In this document: positions 17,745-26,735 of the stretch, piece after piece | Numbering within the stretch: the stretch's first letter is position 1 | Layout of the letters: each line of letters starts with the position of its first letter | Source: a virus | Taxonomy: Duplodnaviria > Caudoviricetes | Strand: one strand, 5' to 3' | IMG/VR virus record: IMGVR_UViG_3300007171_000004 | Span: 32,001 to 96,000 of that record | Length of the DNA: 64,000 nucleotides | The notes under the pieces: model-generated | Databases searched by the model: none | What the model saw: the letters and a program-made list of their open reading frames with translations, nothing else | Told to the model about the DNA's origin: nothing | Translations under genes and position numbers: made by a program

Positions 17745-19373
17745 CTATACTCTTTGTGATGGAGATGTTTCAGAATCTAATGTAAATGTACGAACAACTG
17801 TAGTACCATCAGGAGCATATAATCTTAAAGTAGTGCCAGTTACAGCCCACTTACCAAATCCCTGAGCACGAGCAGCATTTAAACAGTCTCCAATTGTATT
17901 TGCTGTATTTGATGTCGGAACAGCTTGAGTGAGATCTAATTGACTAGAAATTAACTGACAATCTACAACAGCTCCATTCGTTCCAGAAGCTCCTCTTACT
18001 GTAATTGTTACTCTATCGACACCAGAGACAAAAGCTGCATTTGGTACATCTAATCTATATAACCCAGGCTGATTAATCGCATCAATCTCAGCAAAACCAC
18101 CTGAAACCCATGCGCCATTAGATGTTTGACTCACTAATGAGATTGCAACTGAATTTGAACCTGATCTTGTATATCTTGCCGACAAACCAGATGTATTAAA
18201 TAATAATCCTGTAGCTCCTAAATAAAGATGAAGGGTTTTAGATGTAGCATTAGGAGAAATTGTTACAGAAGATGTGTTGCGCTCTGTTGGGTAGTAGTAA
18301 CTTGTCCCTGATGCTTGCACTGCTGTCGCACATCCAATATCTGGCAACGATGCACCAGCCGACCAAGTTTGTCCATACAAATCGGTAGTGCTTGCATATG
18401 TTGATAGACCTGCACCGACGTTTACAGAGCCTGTTATGGAACTGAATGGTTTTTGAATTGCTAAACCAAACAAAGAAGAATGACCAAAATCAAATTGTGG
18501 TGCGCCGTCTGTTACTGTTGATGCACCATTAGGAACAGTGACATTTCCTCCTGAGCCAACTCGCCTATTATAATTTTCGATAATATTTGTTGACGAACCG
18601 CCATTCAAGGTGCTTGTACATTGATAGATAATACTGTTTGTGAAATAACACAATGATGTGCTATTTCCTGTTCCTTGGATATAGACTGCACTGCCAGATG
18701 TGCCAGATATAACTGTATTGGTAATTTTAATACCTCCACCAGTACTATTATTTATCCAAATTGCAGTATTACCATTATTGACAAAACAATTTCGGATTAA
18801 TATGTTTGTATCAGTATCAGTAGTAGTTGCTAAGTACATACCAACATATGACCGCATAATAATACAGTTTTCTATTGTAATATTTTTTATAGATGTTAAT
18901 CTGATTGCTGGACTGCCCAAACCACCACCAGCGGCTCCATTTCCTGAAAAAATACAATTCTTTATACTTGAATTTGTCCCAGTACCTGTGTAATAAATCC
19001 CGCCTTGTATTGACGAATGATCAAAATAAATATTACTAATATTGATATAATCAAATGTAGTACCACCCCATAAAAGTTGACTTGTCGCAGCACTGTTGTC
19101 ATTTACTAAGAAATTAGTAATTCTCACAATGCCTGGTGTTACTCCAGGAAATTGTGAAGCAGTCGGGTCGCCAGTGAAGTATGTCGGTGATGTATATACA
19201 GATGTATATAATGACTGACGATATGTGCCAGGGGCGATAAATACTGTGTCTCCTGAGGTAAATGCAGTGCCTCCTTGAGTAATTCTTGCTAAAGTTTGCC
19301 ACGCTTGATTAGCAGCTGGGCCTGTGCCTGTATTGCTGTTATTGCCATCTGGGCGAACATAATAAATTGCCAT
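17745..19373 (-). CDS. Right-handed beta-helix (pectin lyase-like) tailspike / depolymerase candidate
   Basis: YYVRPDGNNSNTG...AWQTL...GDTVFIAPGTY start; repeated I.NC.F / ITIENCII / ILIRNCFV rungs. Confidence 0.75.
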   Translation of the reverse strand: MAIYYVRPDGNNSNTGTGPAANQAWQTLARITQGGTAFTSGDTVFIAPGTYRQSLYTSVYTSPTYFTGDPTASQFPGVTPGIVRITNFLVNDNSAATSQLLWGGTTFDYINISNIYFDHSSIQGGIYYTGTGTNSSIKNCIFSGNGAAGGGLGSPAIRLTSIKNITIENCIIMRSYVGMYLATTTDTDTNILIRNCFVNNGNTAIWINNSTGGGIKITNTVISGTSGSAVYIQGTGNSTSLCYFTNSIIYQCTSTLNGGSSTNIIENYNRRVGSGGNVTVPNGASTVTDGAPQFDFGHSSLFGLAIQKPFSSITGSVNVGAGLSTYASTTDLYGQTWSAGASLPDIGCATAVQASGTSYYYPTERNTSSVTISPNATSKTLHLYLGATGLLFNTSGLSARYTRSGSNSVAISLVSQTSNGAWVSGGFAEIDAINQPGLYRLDVPNAAFVSGVDRVTITVRGASGTNGAVVDCQLISSQLDLTQAVPTSNTANTIGDCLNAARAQGFGKWAVTGTTLRLYAPDGTTVVRTFTLDSETSPSQRV

Positions 19374-19600
19374 TATTCCGCTGTCCCATCTACTATTTCT
19401 CTAGCCATAAGCCAAACAAATTGATTTACGATTGATAATTGCCATTCTGAGTCTTGTCTAGCCCACCATTCAAACATACTTGTACCATTGGGACCAAAAT
19501 TGGCAATTTCTTCATTTAAATTATTTGTAATCACGCCTTTAACAATCCAATCTGCTGGATTCTGAGGATTTTGTGTAATTTCTAATGTCGAGAAGTTCAT
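19373..19600 (-). CDS. 75 aa protein, single copy of a W-rich unit
   Basis: DWIVKG...FGPNGT...WW.RQD..WQLSIV. Confidence 0.7.
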   Translation of the reverse strand: MNFSTLEITQNPQNPADWIVKGVITNNLNEEIANFGPNGTSMFEWWARQDSEWQLSIVNQFVWLMAREIVDGTAE

Positions 19601-19643
19601 TTTCTTACCTTTAAAATTTTAATATGATGAAAAAATGCTAACA

Positions 19644-20093
19644 TTATTCAGCGCTTCCTTGAATAATCTCTTGAGCCATATAAATAGCGAATCTTCCAAC
19701 ATAAGAAGCTTGATATTCTTGAGATTGAGATAGCCACCAAGCGTTAACTAAAGTTCCATCTTCTCCAAATGTAGCTAAAATATTTCCATGATCATCTTCA
19801 ATATTTCCCAAAATCTTCCAATCATTTGTTTCTGCAACCTTAATGATAGAAAATTCTTGAAAATTCATGCTGCCAGAATAATTACCTAAAAGATTCCTAG
19901 CAATTTCTACAGCATATTGTTGAACGATTGATAATTGAAATCCATCATCTTGTCTCATCCACCAAGGTCCGACGAGAGTTCCAGATTCGCCAAATGTTCC
20001 TAAAATTGTATTAGAATCGTCCTCAATATCGCCAAAAACTTTCCAATCATTCAATGTTTCATCATATTCAATATAATAATTTTGCAGATTCAT
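19644..20093 (-). CDS. 149 aa protein with two fused copies of the same 75 aa unit
   Basis: NDWKVFGDIEDD...TFGESGTLV..WW and NDWKILGNIEDD...TFGEDGTLV..WW. Confidence 0.8.
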   Translation of the reverse strand: MNLQNYYIEYDETLNDWKVFGDIEDDSNTILGTFGESGTLVGPWWMRQDDGFQLSIVQQYAVEIARNLLGNYSGSMNFQEFSIIKVAETNDWKILGNIEDDHGNILATFGEDGTLVNAWWLSQSQEYQASYVGRFAIYMAQEIIQGSAE

Positions 20094-20094
20094 A

Positions 20095-21420
20095 TTAAAA
20101 CTCCACTTTCAATTTTGCTACGTCTTTTCTCTCAGCAAAAACAGTGTAAAAACAGCTTATTTTTGACCACCAATAACTTTTTACAAATACTGTGTTGTTT
20201 TCTATTTTTTCGACCCTTAAACCATAAGAATTGCCTAAAGGTGTTAAATTTACAGTGATTGTATTTTCATCAACTAATCCTACCCAATAGTCTGGAAGAT
20301 AGATAATATTATCCTTTAAAATTCCCCTAACATATACACCATTTTCTGGACCTTCAAGAGAGCCATATCTTAGTTTCATGTCAGGCTTTGTGGGGTGATT
20401 AATTACAAAGCTTTTATTTGTTGCTGAAATTTCTCCATTAACTTCAAGATCATATGATGGAGAGGATGTACCAATTCCAATTCTATTATTTACTGTATCT
20501 ACTGTTAAAATATTTGTGCCAGCAGAATTTTGAAAAGATAGAGAATTTGTAGCATTAGTCGTGGGTTTAATTGCTAAAGTTGTTGAAGGAGCTAAAATTG
20601 TCGCAGAAGATAATATTGTAGAGCTTAACGTCCCAGTAGATGGATTGTAAGTAAGCTTAGTAGAAGAAACATTAAAAGTAGCAGCGCCAGATGTAACAGA
20701 TGTGAAAGAAATATACCGAGGAGAATTAGTTGTTGTATCATCTGTAACATTTAAAGTACTCGCTGAAGAAACTGCTGCTGTTAATACTACCCCTGAAACA
20801 TCTGCAGAACCATCTATCGTAAATGAACCAGTAACGTTGCCTCCAGAAAAAGTTACTGTTCTAGGAGTAGGCCAATATACATTTTTTCTACCAATATATC
20901 TGTATCCTGTAACTTTATATGGTGCTCTTGAAATTACAGTGCCAGAATCAGTGTTGGCATTCTTAAAAACTAAAATTCCAGTCTGATAATCAAAAAACCA
21001 ACTCGATGCATCTGCTTTTGGTACTAGAATATTATCTTTATCATATACCTTAATTTCATATCCAGTACCAGCGATAGTTCCAGGAGCATCATATTTATCA
21101 GGAATCCAATCTTTTAACCTAGATGATTCCGAAAGAGAAGATCCATTATTAGCAGTTACAGTGTCAGTAATGCTTGTTGCGAACCATGCTTGTTTATTAG
21201 GTACAGAAAGATCTTCGACTAACGTAAGAAGAGTATTGACCTGTACGATTGATGTTGAAGAACCTGGCGGAGTAGATGGAATATTATCAAGTTTAATATC
21301 TGTATAGTGAAGTTCAAGAGTAGATGCACCCTTTTCTTCATTAATACCTTTTCCAGTACTTGTGGTAATTCGTTTATTATTTAGCTTCTTAAAGCTTACA
21401 TCATTATCTGTCCAAGGCAT
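20095..21420 (-). CDS. Tail fibre-like protein with the KSF.I.HP...LEGPE C-terminal domain
   Basis: NNRIGIGTSSPSYDLEVNG; ATNKSFVINHP...GSLEGPENGVYVRG. Confidence 0.8.
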   Translation of the reverse strand: MPWTDNDVSFKKLNNKRITTSTGKGINEEKGASTLELHYTDIKLDNIPSTPPGSSTSIVQVNTLLTLVEDLSVPNKQAWFATSITDTVTANNGSSLSESSRLKDWIPDKYDAPGTIAGTGYEIKVYDKDNILVPKADASSWFFDYQTGILVFKNANTDSGTVISRAPYKVTGYRYIGRKNVYWPTPRTVTFSGGNVTGSFTIDGSADVSGVVLTAAVSSASTLNVTDDTTTNSPRYISFTSVTSGAATFNVSSTKLTYNPSTGTLSSTILSSATILAPSTTLAIKPTTNATNSLSFQNSAGTNILTVDTVNNRIGIGTSSPSYDLEVNGEISATNKSFVINHPTKPDMKLRYGSLEGPENGVYVRGILKDNIIYLPDYWVGLVDENTITVNLTPLGNSYGLRVEKIENNTVFVKSYWWSKISCFYTVFAERKDVAKLKVEF

Positions 21421-21421
21421 T

Positions 21422-23875
21422 TTAGCTGCTTACTATAGATGTGATTACTGGACTTGTGTTTTTAATAATAATCACTAATCTATACCTTCCTAAGTTTCCT
21501 GAAGTTGTTGGACCTGTTGTATATAAATTTCCTAAAGACCATCCCACTGCCCCACCAGAACCAGATGTTTTAGCGGATATAGCAGCTGCACGGGAAGATC
21601 CATCATTACTATTTGATCCCTGAGGTACGCCAAGATCAAACCATTTATTGTCAGCATCTAGATAAATTAATACATTTAAATTTCCAGTGCCATAAGGAGA
21701 AATATCTGTGTGAGCAATATTAGTAAATGTCAAAGTTCCAGTAGATGCAGATGTCTTATAGAAGAATCTTTGATATTCTTGATCTCCTGAAAAACCTGGA
21801 TATTCTGTTGCGTTAGGAAATTGTAAACAACCTGTATTAGCAGTTGAATGGTTTCTAACTTGAGCATTTCCATTAGCCAGAGTGTTAGTTGAAGTCCATG
21901 CAGTTGTGGTGTTTAATATTAATCTTTGAGCTTCATCTTGGAAATAATCCGCTGTGGTTGTAGATGTAGTTCCAAAAGTATTAATATAATAATTTAAATT
22001 TGCATTACCAGAAGTTGAAGCCCCAGAAGGTTTATTTAATGCAACAGTTAGATATTTATTTAATGAACTTCTTCCTGATACATTAATTGTGGCGATAGCA
22101 AAATTTCCACCAGATTTATCAAATGTGTCTGTATATACTGGAGTTGAGACAGGATTGACAGCAGTTTCATTCATTCCTGTTCCTGTGATTGCTGCTACTT
22201 TAGTCGGGTGGTAGCATCTGTTAAAAATACCAGAAGCTGCAATAAATCTAATTTGAAATGTAGATGTTGCTGTGTAATATGCTATACCAGATAAATATTT
22301 AAAGTTTACAGTGGCTTCAGTGGCTGTTGGAGATGTACTAAAAGATGGATTAGGGTTAGCTGCTGAATATGAATCGTAATAAGAATTAAAGATGTTAGTT
22401 TCACCAGCATCAGTATGTACGATTGAGTGACCTTCCCATCCATCAGTATTGTGCAAATAAGAAATAGTTGCATTAGCTTTTTTCCAGATACTGTTATAGG
22501 TAATGAAAGATGAAATTGTAAGAGAACCTGAAGTTAATGGAGTGCTTACAATACTGGACATTAGAATAGGATCAATACTAGTTCCAGAAGGCGCTAATGG
22601 TGTGTACTTCTTATGTGCAGTGGTTCCATATGTGGCTGTATCATTTGCTTTACCAGATTTATATGTCGTTGCTGTATTGGCTGTGGCTCCAGAAATAGTT
22701 CCAGATACAAAATACGTTGAGATTGTAGAACCCGCAGAAGCTCCACCATAATACCAATCAGGAATTCCAGAAGATACAATTGCGTTATAGAAAGTAACTC
22801 CAGAAGTAGATAAAGATGTTCCAGAAAGAGGATTGGCTTGAGCAGGAGCAATTGCATTTAAAAGCTCATTTACATCATCAAAAGCATCAGAAATCAAAGT
22901 AGAAGAAGTCCATGTACTAAAAAACCCATCTGTAAAAGTTCCATCAATAGTAGGAGTACCAAGAGTATTTGAACCTGTACCTGATACTGTACCCCAAGTA
23001 GGAACTCCAGATACAACCTTAAGCACTTCTCCTTCATTGCCAATTGCTCTTCTTGTCCATCCTCCAGCAGATCTATAAATTAGGTCTCCTGTAGCTTGAG
23101 AGGCAATTGTAAGTCCAGTAATATTAAATGTTTGTGAAGCTGAAAATGAAATAGCTTGTGTATGTGTATGAGCACCAGTCCAGTTAAAATTATATGCTTC
23201 ATCAACTGCTATCGTTCCAGCTGTTGTAATTGGATTAGGAGTAAGAGTAATTCCATTGCCAGGATTTAATGTTGTAGAACCGCCTCCTGCACCAATGACA
23301 GCCCAAGCAGATCCATTATAGTATTTTAGGATATTTGAAGCTGAATTATAATAAATTTGACCTGAAAAGCCTGTTAATGGGTCAGCAGTCTTATTTCCAA
23401 CTCTTAATACTGTAGTGCCAAGATCTAAATCACCAGTTATAGGGTCGTTTGAAGCATCTAATTTAAGATATCTTCCATCTCCTGTTGTTATATCTAATGC
23501 TCCAGATTGTGCTAAAGGCAACCATGCACCATCTGAATACACCTTTAATTGATTTAGGTTAGTATTGAAATATAGGGCTCCTTCTGCATTTTCTGTTGGA
23601 TCTGCAGTGGAAGCTAAGACTTTTAATCCATATTTACCAGCTGTGGGATAAAAATCTAAGTTGCCTAAAAATGAATCTCCAGCTTTCTTAACATAAAAAT
23701 CAGGAGTAATTGAAAGATTTAAGGTTTTGTTCGTGATACTAAGAGATAGGCCAGACAGAGTATTAGCGGAAACAAACAAATCGCCTTTAAGGCCATTTAA
23801 GCTTGTGACTACTTGATATGAGGTTGGGAGACTCCCTGGAATTAATCGAGGGGGAACAATATAAAAATCTGGCAT
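21422..23875 (-). CDS. Virion structural / fibre-base protein (817 aa)
   Basis: Repeated GALYFNT / GQIYYNS...LKVY..G.W motifs typical of phage fibre proteins; first gene of the minus-strand fibre operon. Confidence 0.65.
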   Translation of the reverse strand: MPDFYIVPPRLIPGSLPTSYQVVTSLNGLKGDLFVSANTLSGLSLSITNKTLNLSITPDFYVKKAGDSFLGNLDFYPTAGKYGLKVLASTADPTENAEGALYFNTNLNQLKVYSDGAWLPLAQSGALDITTGDGRYLKLDASNDPITGDLDLGTTVLRVGNKTADPLTGFSGQIYYNSASNILKYYNGSAWAVIGAGGGSTTLNPGNGITLTPNPITTAGTIAVDEAYNFNWTGAHTHTQAISFSASQTFNITGLTIASQATGDLIYRSAGGWTRRAIGNEGEVLKVVSGVPTWGTVSGTGSNTLGTPTIDGTFTDGFFSTWTSSTLISDAFDDVNELLNAIAPAQANPLSGTSLSTSGVTFYNAIVSSGIPDWYYGGASAGSTISTYFVSGTISGATANTATTYKSGKANDTATYGTTAHKKYTPLAPSGTSIDPILMSSIVSTPLTSGSLTISSFITYNSIWKKANATISYLHNTDGWEGHSIVHTDAGETNIFNSYYDSYSAANPNPSFSTSPTATEATVNFKYLSGIAYYTATSTFQIRFIAASGIFNRCYHPTKVAAITGTGMNETAVNPVSTPVYTDTFDKSGGNFAIATINVSGRSSLNKYLTVALNKPSGASTSGNANLNYYINTFGTTSTTTADYFQDEAQRLILNTTTAWTSTNTLANGNAQVRNHSTANTGCLQFPNATEYPGFSGDQEYQRFFYKTSASTGTLTFTNIAHTDISPYGTGNLNVLIYLDADNKWFDLGVPQGSNSNDGSSRAAAISAKTSGSGGAVGWSLGNLYTTGPTTSGNLGRYRLVIIIKNTSPVITSIVSS

Positions 23876-24068
23876 AAGTTATCTTTGTACCTTTTGTTTT
23901 TTGTACAATCTGCTTGTTTTTTTCTATTGGTTAAAGGGAAAATCCTATGAACCCAGAAAAAGGTATTTAAATTCCTCATTAAGAATAAAATTGAGGAAAA
24001 CAATAAAAAAATTTATTAAAGGTTTTCGATCCGTTTTTTTCTTCGAAGAGAAACAAGGAGTAAAATAT

Positions 24069-24890
24069 ATGCCAAATTATCCATCATCTTTCATCAATGG
24101 TGCTGCACCTGGTGTAAGAGCTGTAAATAACGTAACAGATGCGAGAGAATTGAAGTTCACACAGGCTCTTTCGGTAGCGTTCGTCGCTGCTGGAACTGTT
24201 GGAACCCCAGCTACAATCCATGCTGCTACAACCACAAACATCACATTGTCCAACTCCCAAACCGTTGACGGTGTTTCGCTTACCGCTGCAGGTAACAACA
24301 CTGTTCTCGTTAAGGACCAAACCAACCCAGCACAAAATGGTATCTATACCGTTGTAGACGCTGGTGCTTGGACAAGAGTTGCTGCATTTGATACCTCTGC
24401 TGAGTTCATCTCTGCTAATAACTTTAAACTTCCTGCTGTATCTAACGGTACTGTCAATGCAGGTAGAGTTTATGTTGTCAGAAATGTTGTTTCTGGTTTC
24501 ACACTTGGAACTGATCCACTCAGATTTGAGCTTCTTCCTGCAGTTAACGTATTCAATTCTGCTGCTAAGTACCCAACTGACTCGGTCGTTGGTACTGCAA
24601 CAAGAATCAATCCTTCCAACGTTTGGGAAGATTTTGTTAACATCGCTGGTCAACTTGATGCTGCACTCCTCGCATTTGAGGCTGAATATGCATCTACCCT
24701 TTCTGCTAACTCTGATGAATTAGCAGCAAACGCAGCTATCCTTTCTATTGAGAATCTCCAAAGAAAGTTCGAAATGAACCTCTTTGAACTTAACAGATTG
24801 ACTGCTGACTTGACCAGAATCAGAACTGCATCTGGTACTCTCCGTGGTGCTACATCCAGATACCCAAGTGGACAATACAGAGGCTATTAA
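24069..24890 (+). CDS. Probably abundant virion decoration / fibre protein (273 aa) with one VLVK.Q...QNGIY unit and a C-terminal helical region
   Basis: AAGGAG RBS 8 nt before ATG 24069, so the track start at 23901 is over-extended. Visibly more AAC/TTC/ATC codons than neighbours; own terminator; AATTTNITLS..QTVDGV...VLVKDQTNPAQNGIY...WTR. Confidence 0.75.
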   Translation: MPNYPSSFINGAAPGVRAVNNVTDARELKFTQALSVAFVAAGTVGTPATIHAATTTNITLSNSQTVDGVSLTAAGNNTVLVKDQTNPAQNGIYTVVDAGAWTRVAAFDTSAEFISANNFKLPAVSNGTVNAGRVYVVRNVVSGFTLGTDPLRFELLPAVNVFNSAAKYPTDSVVGTATRINPSNVWEDFVNIAGQLDAALLAFEAEYASTLSANSDELAANAAILSIENLQRKFEMNLFELNRLTADLTRIRTASGTLRGATSRYPSGQYRGY

Positions 24891-24911
24891 TCTTAATAGT
24901 TTCTATACTAA

Positions 24912-24946
24912 AAAAGAGGGAAGAAATTCTTCCCTCTTTTCTTTTT
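24912..24946. terminator. Bidirectional intrinsic terminator
   Basis: AAAAGAGGGAAGAA-A-TTCTTCCCTCTTTT near-perfect inverted repeat, flanked by A and T runs, between convergent genes. Confidence 0.85.
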
Positions 24947-25547
24947 ATCTCCAAATCGGCCCTTTTTTCAATTTAGCCTTTAAAGATGCTATTGATAATG
25001 TTTTCAATCTAGTCTGCACAAGCATTGTCTTAACTGAATATCTATTTTTAAGATAAGACCCATTATAAGATCTATACATATTCCTATAAGCTGTTCGACT
25101 AGGCAATCCACCTCTTGAATATTTCTTTAAATGAGCTGCTAACTCTAAACTTCCAATAGCAATATTTCCATAAATTGTATAGGGATTATATACTCTTTTT
25201 GGGTCATAATACCTAATTGATGATCTAACAAGTTGCATCATTCCAATACAAGGTCTGCTAGTCATTCTAAATTCACTTTCAACATATGCAGTAGAAGCTA
25301 TAACATACGGATCAAGTTTAAATTTCTTAGCTGATACAAATATAGCACCAGTAATAATATCTACTTTCGATTGAGAATATTTTGGCTGAACTGTTTTAAT
25401 AAACGCCTTAATTTTCTCTTTATCTTTATTTATTGAAGCTGATTGTGTAACTTTGGGTTTGTTCACAACTTCAATTTTTTTATTTGGTTGCATTGGGCCT
25501 TGAAGCAATGTCCAGAGCAATACAATCGGTGTTAGAATTAAATGCAT
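24945..25547 (-). CDS. Lytic transglycosylase (SLT domain) with N-terminal hydrophobic segment
   Basis: DPYVIASTAYVESEF (catalytic Glu), IGMMQL, NIAIG, YNG. Confidence 0.85.
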   Translation of the reverse strand: MHLILTPIVLLWTLLQGPMQPNKKIEVVNKPKVTQSASINKDKEKIKAFIKTVQPKYSQSKVDIITGAIFVSAKKFKLDPYVIASTAYVESEFRMTSRPCIGMMQLVRSSIRYYDPKRVYNPYTIYGNIAIGSLELAAHLKKYSRGGLPSRTAYRNMYRSYNGSYLKNRYSVKTMLVQTRLKTLSIASLKAKLKKGPIWR

Positions 25548-25590
25548 ATTAATTCTCCTTTCCTATGTTCTCTTAGCGAAGGAAGTCTTT

Positions 25591-25618
25591 TTGACAACCA
25601 CACAATAATCTATAGTAT
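25591..25618 (+). promoter_or_regulatory. Sigma70-type promoter for the PHD-finger gene
   Basis: Perfect TTGACA at 25591-25596, 16-bp spacer, TAGTAT at 25613-25618. Confidence 0.6.
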
Positions 25619-25645
25619 AACATTAACTATACAAATTGTAAAGCA

Positions 25646-25921
25646 ATGAATAACTATATCCCTGAAACTAACAAAAATATACCATGCTGTGTTTGCAATC
25701 AGCCTATTCTTCATCCAGTTGCCAAAAGTTCCTGTACTAAATGTGGAGCTTTAGCGCATCCTAATTGTAGAGGAATTCTTCTCGCATCTAATCAACCTTG
25801 GAGATGCCCTAAATGTACTGAAGAATTAACTGGCTTCATGAACAATATGCGGGTATCATCTGTTGTCGATAGTGATATAGACTACCTTTTTGAAAAGATA
25901 TATGACAATGGAAAAAAATAA
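25646..25921 (+). CDS. PHD-finger (C4HC3) protein
   Basis: C14-x2-C17-x12-C30-x2-C33-x4-H38-x2-C41-x10-W52-x-C54-x2-C57. Confidence 0.75.
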   Translation: MNNYIPETNKNIPCCVCNQPILHPVAKSSCTKCGALAHPNCRGILLASNQPWRCPKCTEELTGFMNNMRVSSVVDSDIDYLFEKIYDNGKK

Positions 25922-26144
25922 GAAGACTGCTCAAGTATTTAATTTAGCTGATAATCCTCCTGCAATTGTTCAACCTGCCCCTGAAAAAGCTGACATTAGT
26001 TCTATTACTGAAGATGTAGCTATGAGTGCAGTAGCTAATCTATTTTCAGAAGGCCGAATTGAAATGGATGATAATGGTGATTTGACATCTGAGTCTAAAC
26101 AAATTCTTATGAAATATGTTATGGGTATGATTAACGGAGCCTAG
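25902..26144 (+). CDS. Hypothetical protein with N-terminal KKTAQ motif
   Basis: ATG at 25902 or 25908 overlapping the PHD gene end; MEKNKKTAQVF. Confidence 0.6.
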   Translation: MTMEKNKKTAQVFNLADNPPAIVQPAPEKADISSITEDVAMSAVANLFSEGRIEMDDNGDLTSESKQILMKYVMGMINGA

Positions 26145-26367
26145 CTGTATATCGAGCTAGGTCGTTCAAACAACTTTCAGGAACTTTGTTTAGTCTACAT
26201 TTTGGGCAGTGAGTGGTATAATGTTGTATCCAATCTGCCCAAGTCACAGGATCAGTATTATTTTTTGATAGCCTGTTCATATTACTGGGGATTAAGAGTT
26301 CTTCAGAATTAATGAAGAATCTATCTAAACACTCATAACATATTGCTGAAGAAATACCTCTACTCAT
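26131..26367 (-). CDS. Small Zn-finger-like protein
   Basis: CYEC...HCPKC; last gene of the minus-strand operon. Confidence 0.6.
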   Translation of the reverse strand: MSRGISSAICYECLDRFFINSEELLIPSNMNRLSKNNTDPVTWADWIQHYTTHCPKCRLNKVPESCLNDLARYTARLR

Positions 26368-26735
26368 AATTCTTCTATGCTACCCAGTAAATCTATAAGT
26401 GCCAAGTTAAGTTCACTCTCATTTGAAAAGTGCTTAATTCGATTACCATAAAAAATTATATGGTTCTTAATTGGCCCTAAAACTTCTACATTTTTCACTA
26501 CTAAATATCTGTAGTTATATTGTTTCCTAATTTTGGAATAATGCTCAATATAATTAACTTTTGAGCCTGTTTTCTGTGTATACCAAACGTCAACATCTTC
26601 TTTTGGTTGATCTGACACTAAAACATTAATTGAATCATTAGACATAGCTTTAAAATCATCATATGTTTCAAATGACTTTAATATATCTTTAAGCTTCTTG
26701 GAATCTTTACAATCACCAATAATATTTATGTTCAT
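26364..26735 (-). CDS. Hypothetical alpha/beta protein, possibly a degenerate receiver-like fold
   Basis: MNINIIGD-helix-...-INVLVSD spacing recalls REC beta1 and beta3; resemblance is weak. Confidence 0.5.
   Translation of the reverse strand: MNINIIGDCKDSKKLKDILKSFETYDDFKAMSNDSINVLVSDQPKEDVDVWYTQKTGSKVNYIEHYSKIRKQYNYRYLVVKNVEVLGPIKNHIIFYGNRIKHFSNESELNLALIDLLGSIEEL

Noticed and set aside
6232-22857. Many short opposite-strand or alternate-frame ORFs in the track (e.g. 7964..8236, 9365..9688, 12022..12453, 12622..12954, 15308..15580, 20702..20986, 22503..22751)
   Set aside because: They lie wholly inside long Thr/Ser/Gly-rich genes whose codon bias removes antisense stops; Val/Pro/Ala-rich shadow translations without RBS.
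23901-24068. N-terminal extensions given by the ORF track (also 2523, 4994, 28468, 35541, 37984, 43432, 44140)
   Set aside because: They run through AT-rich intergenic or regulatory DNA; downstream ATGs have better Shine-Dalgarno sites or abut the upstream stop, and match where homology begins.
24077-24723. Three ORFs overlapping the 24069 gene
   Set aside because: Shadows of a strongly codon-biased gene that has its own RBS and terminator.
25685-25816. RING or RING-variant E3 ligase reading of the Cys/His pattern
   Set aside because: Spacing C-x2-C-x4-H-x2-C plus W-x-C-x2-C fits PHD, not RING (C-x-H) or RING-variant (C-x-C-x7-H).
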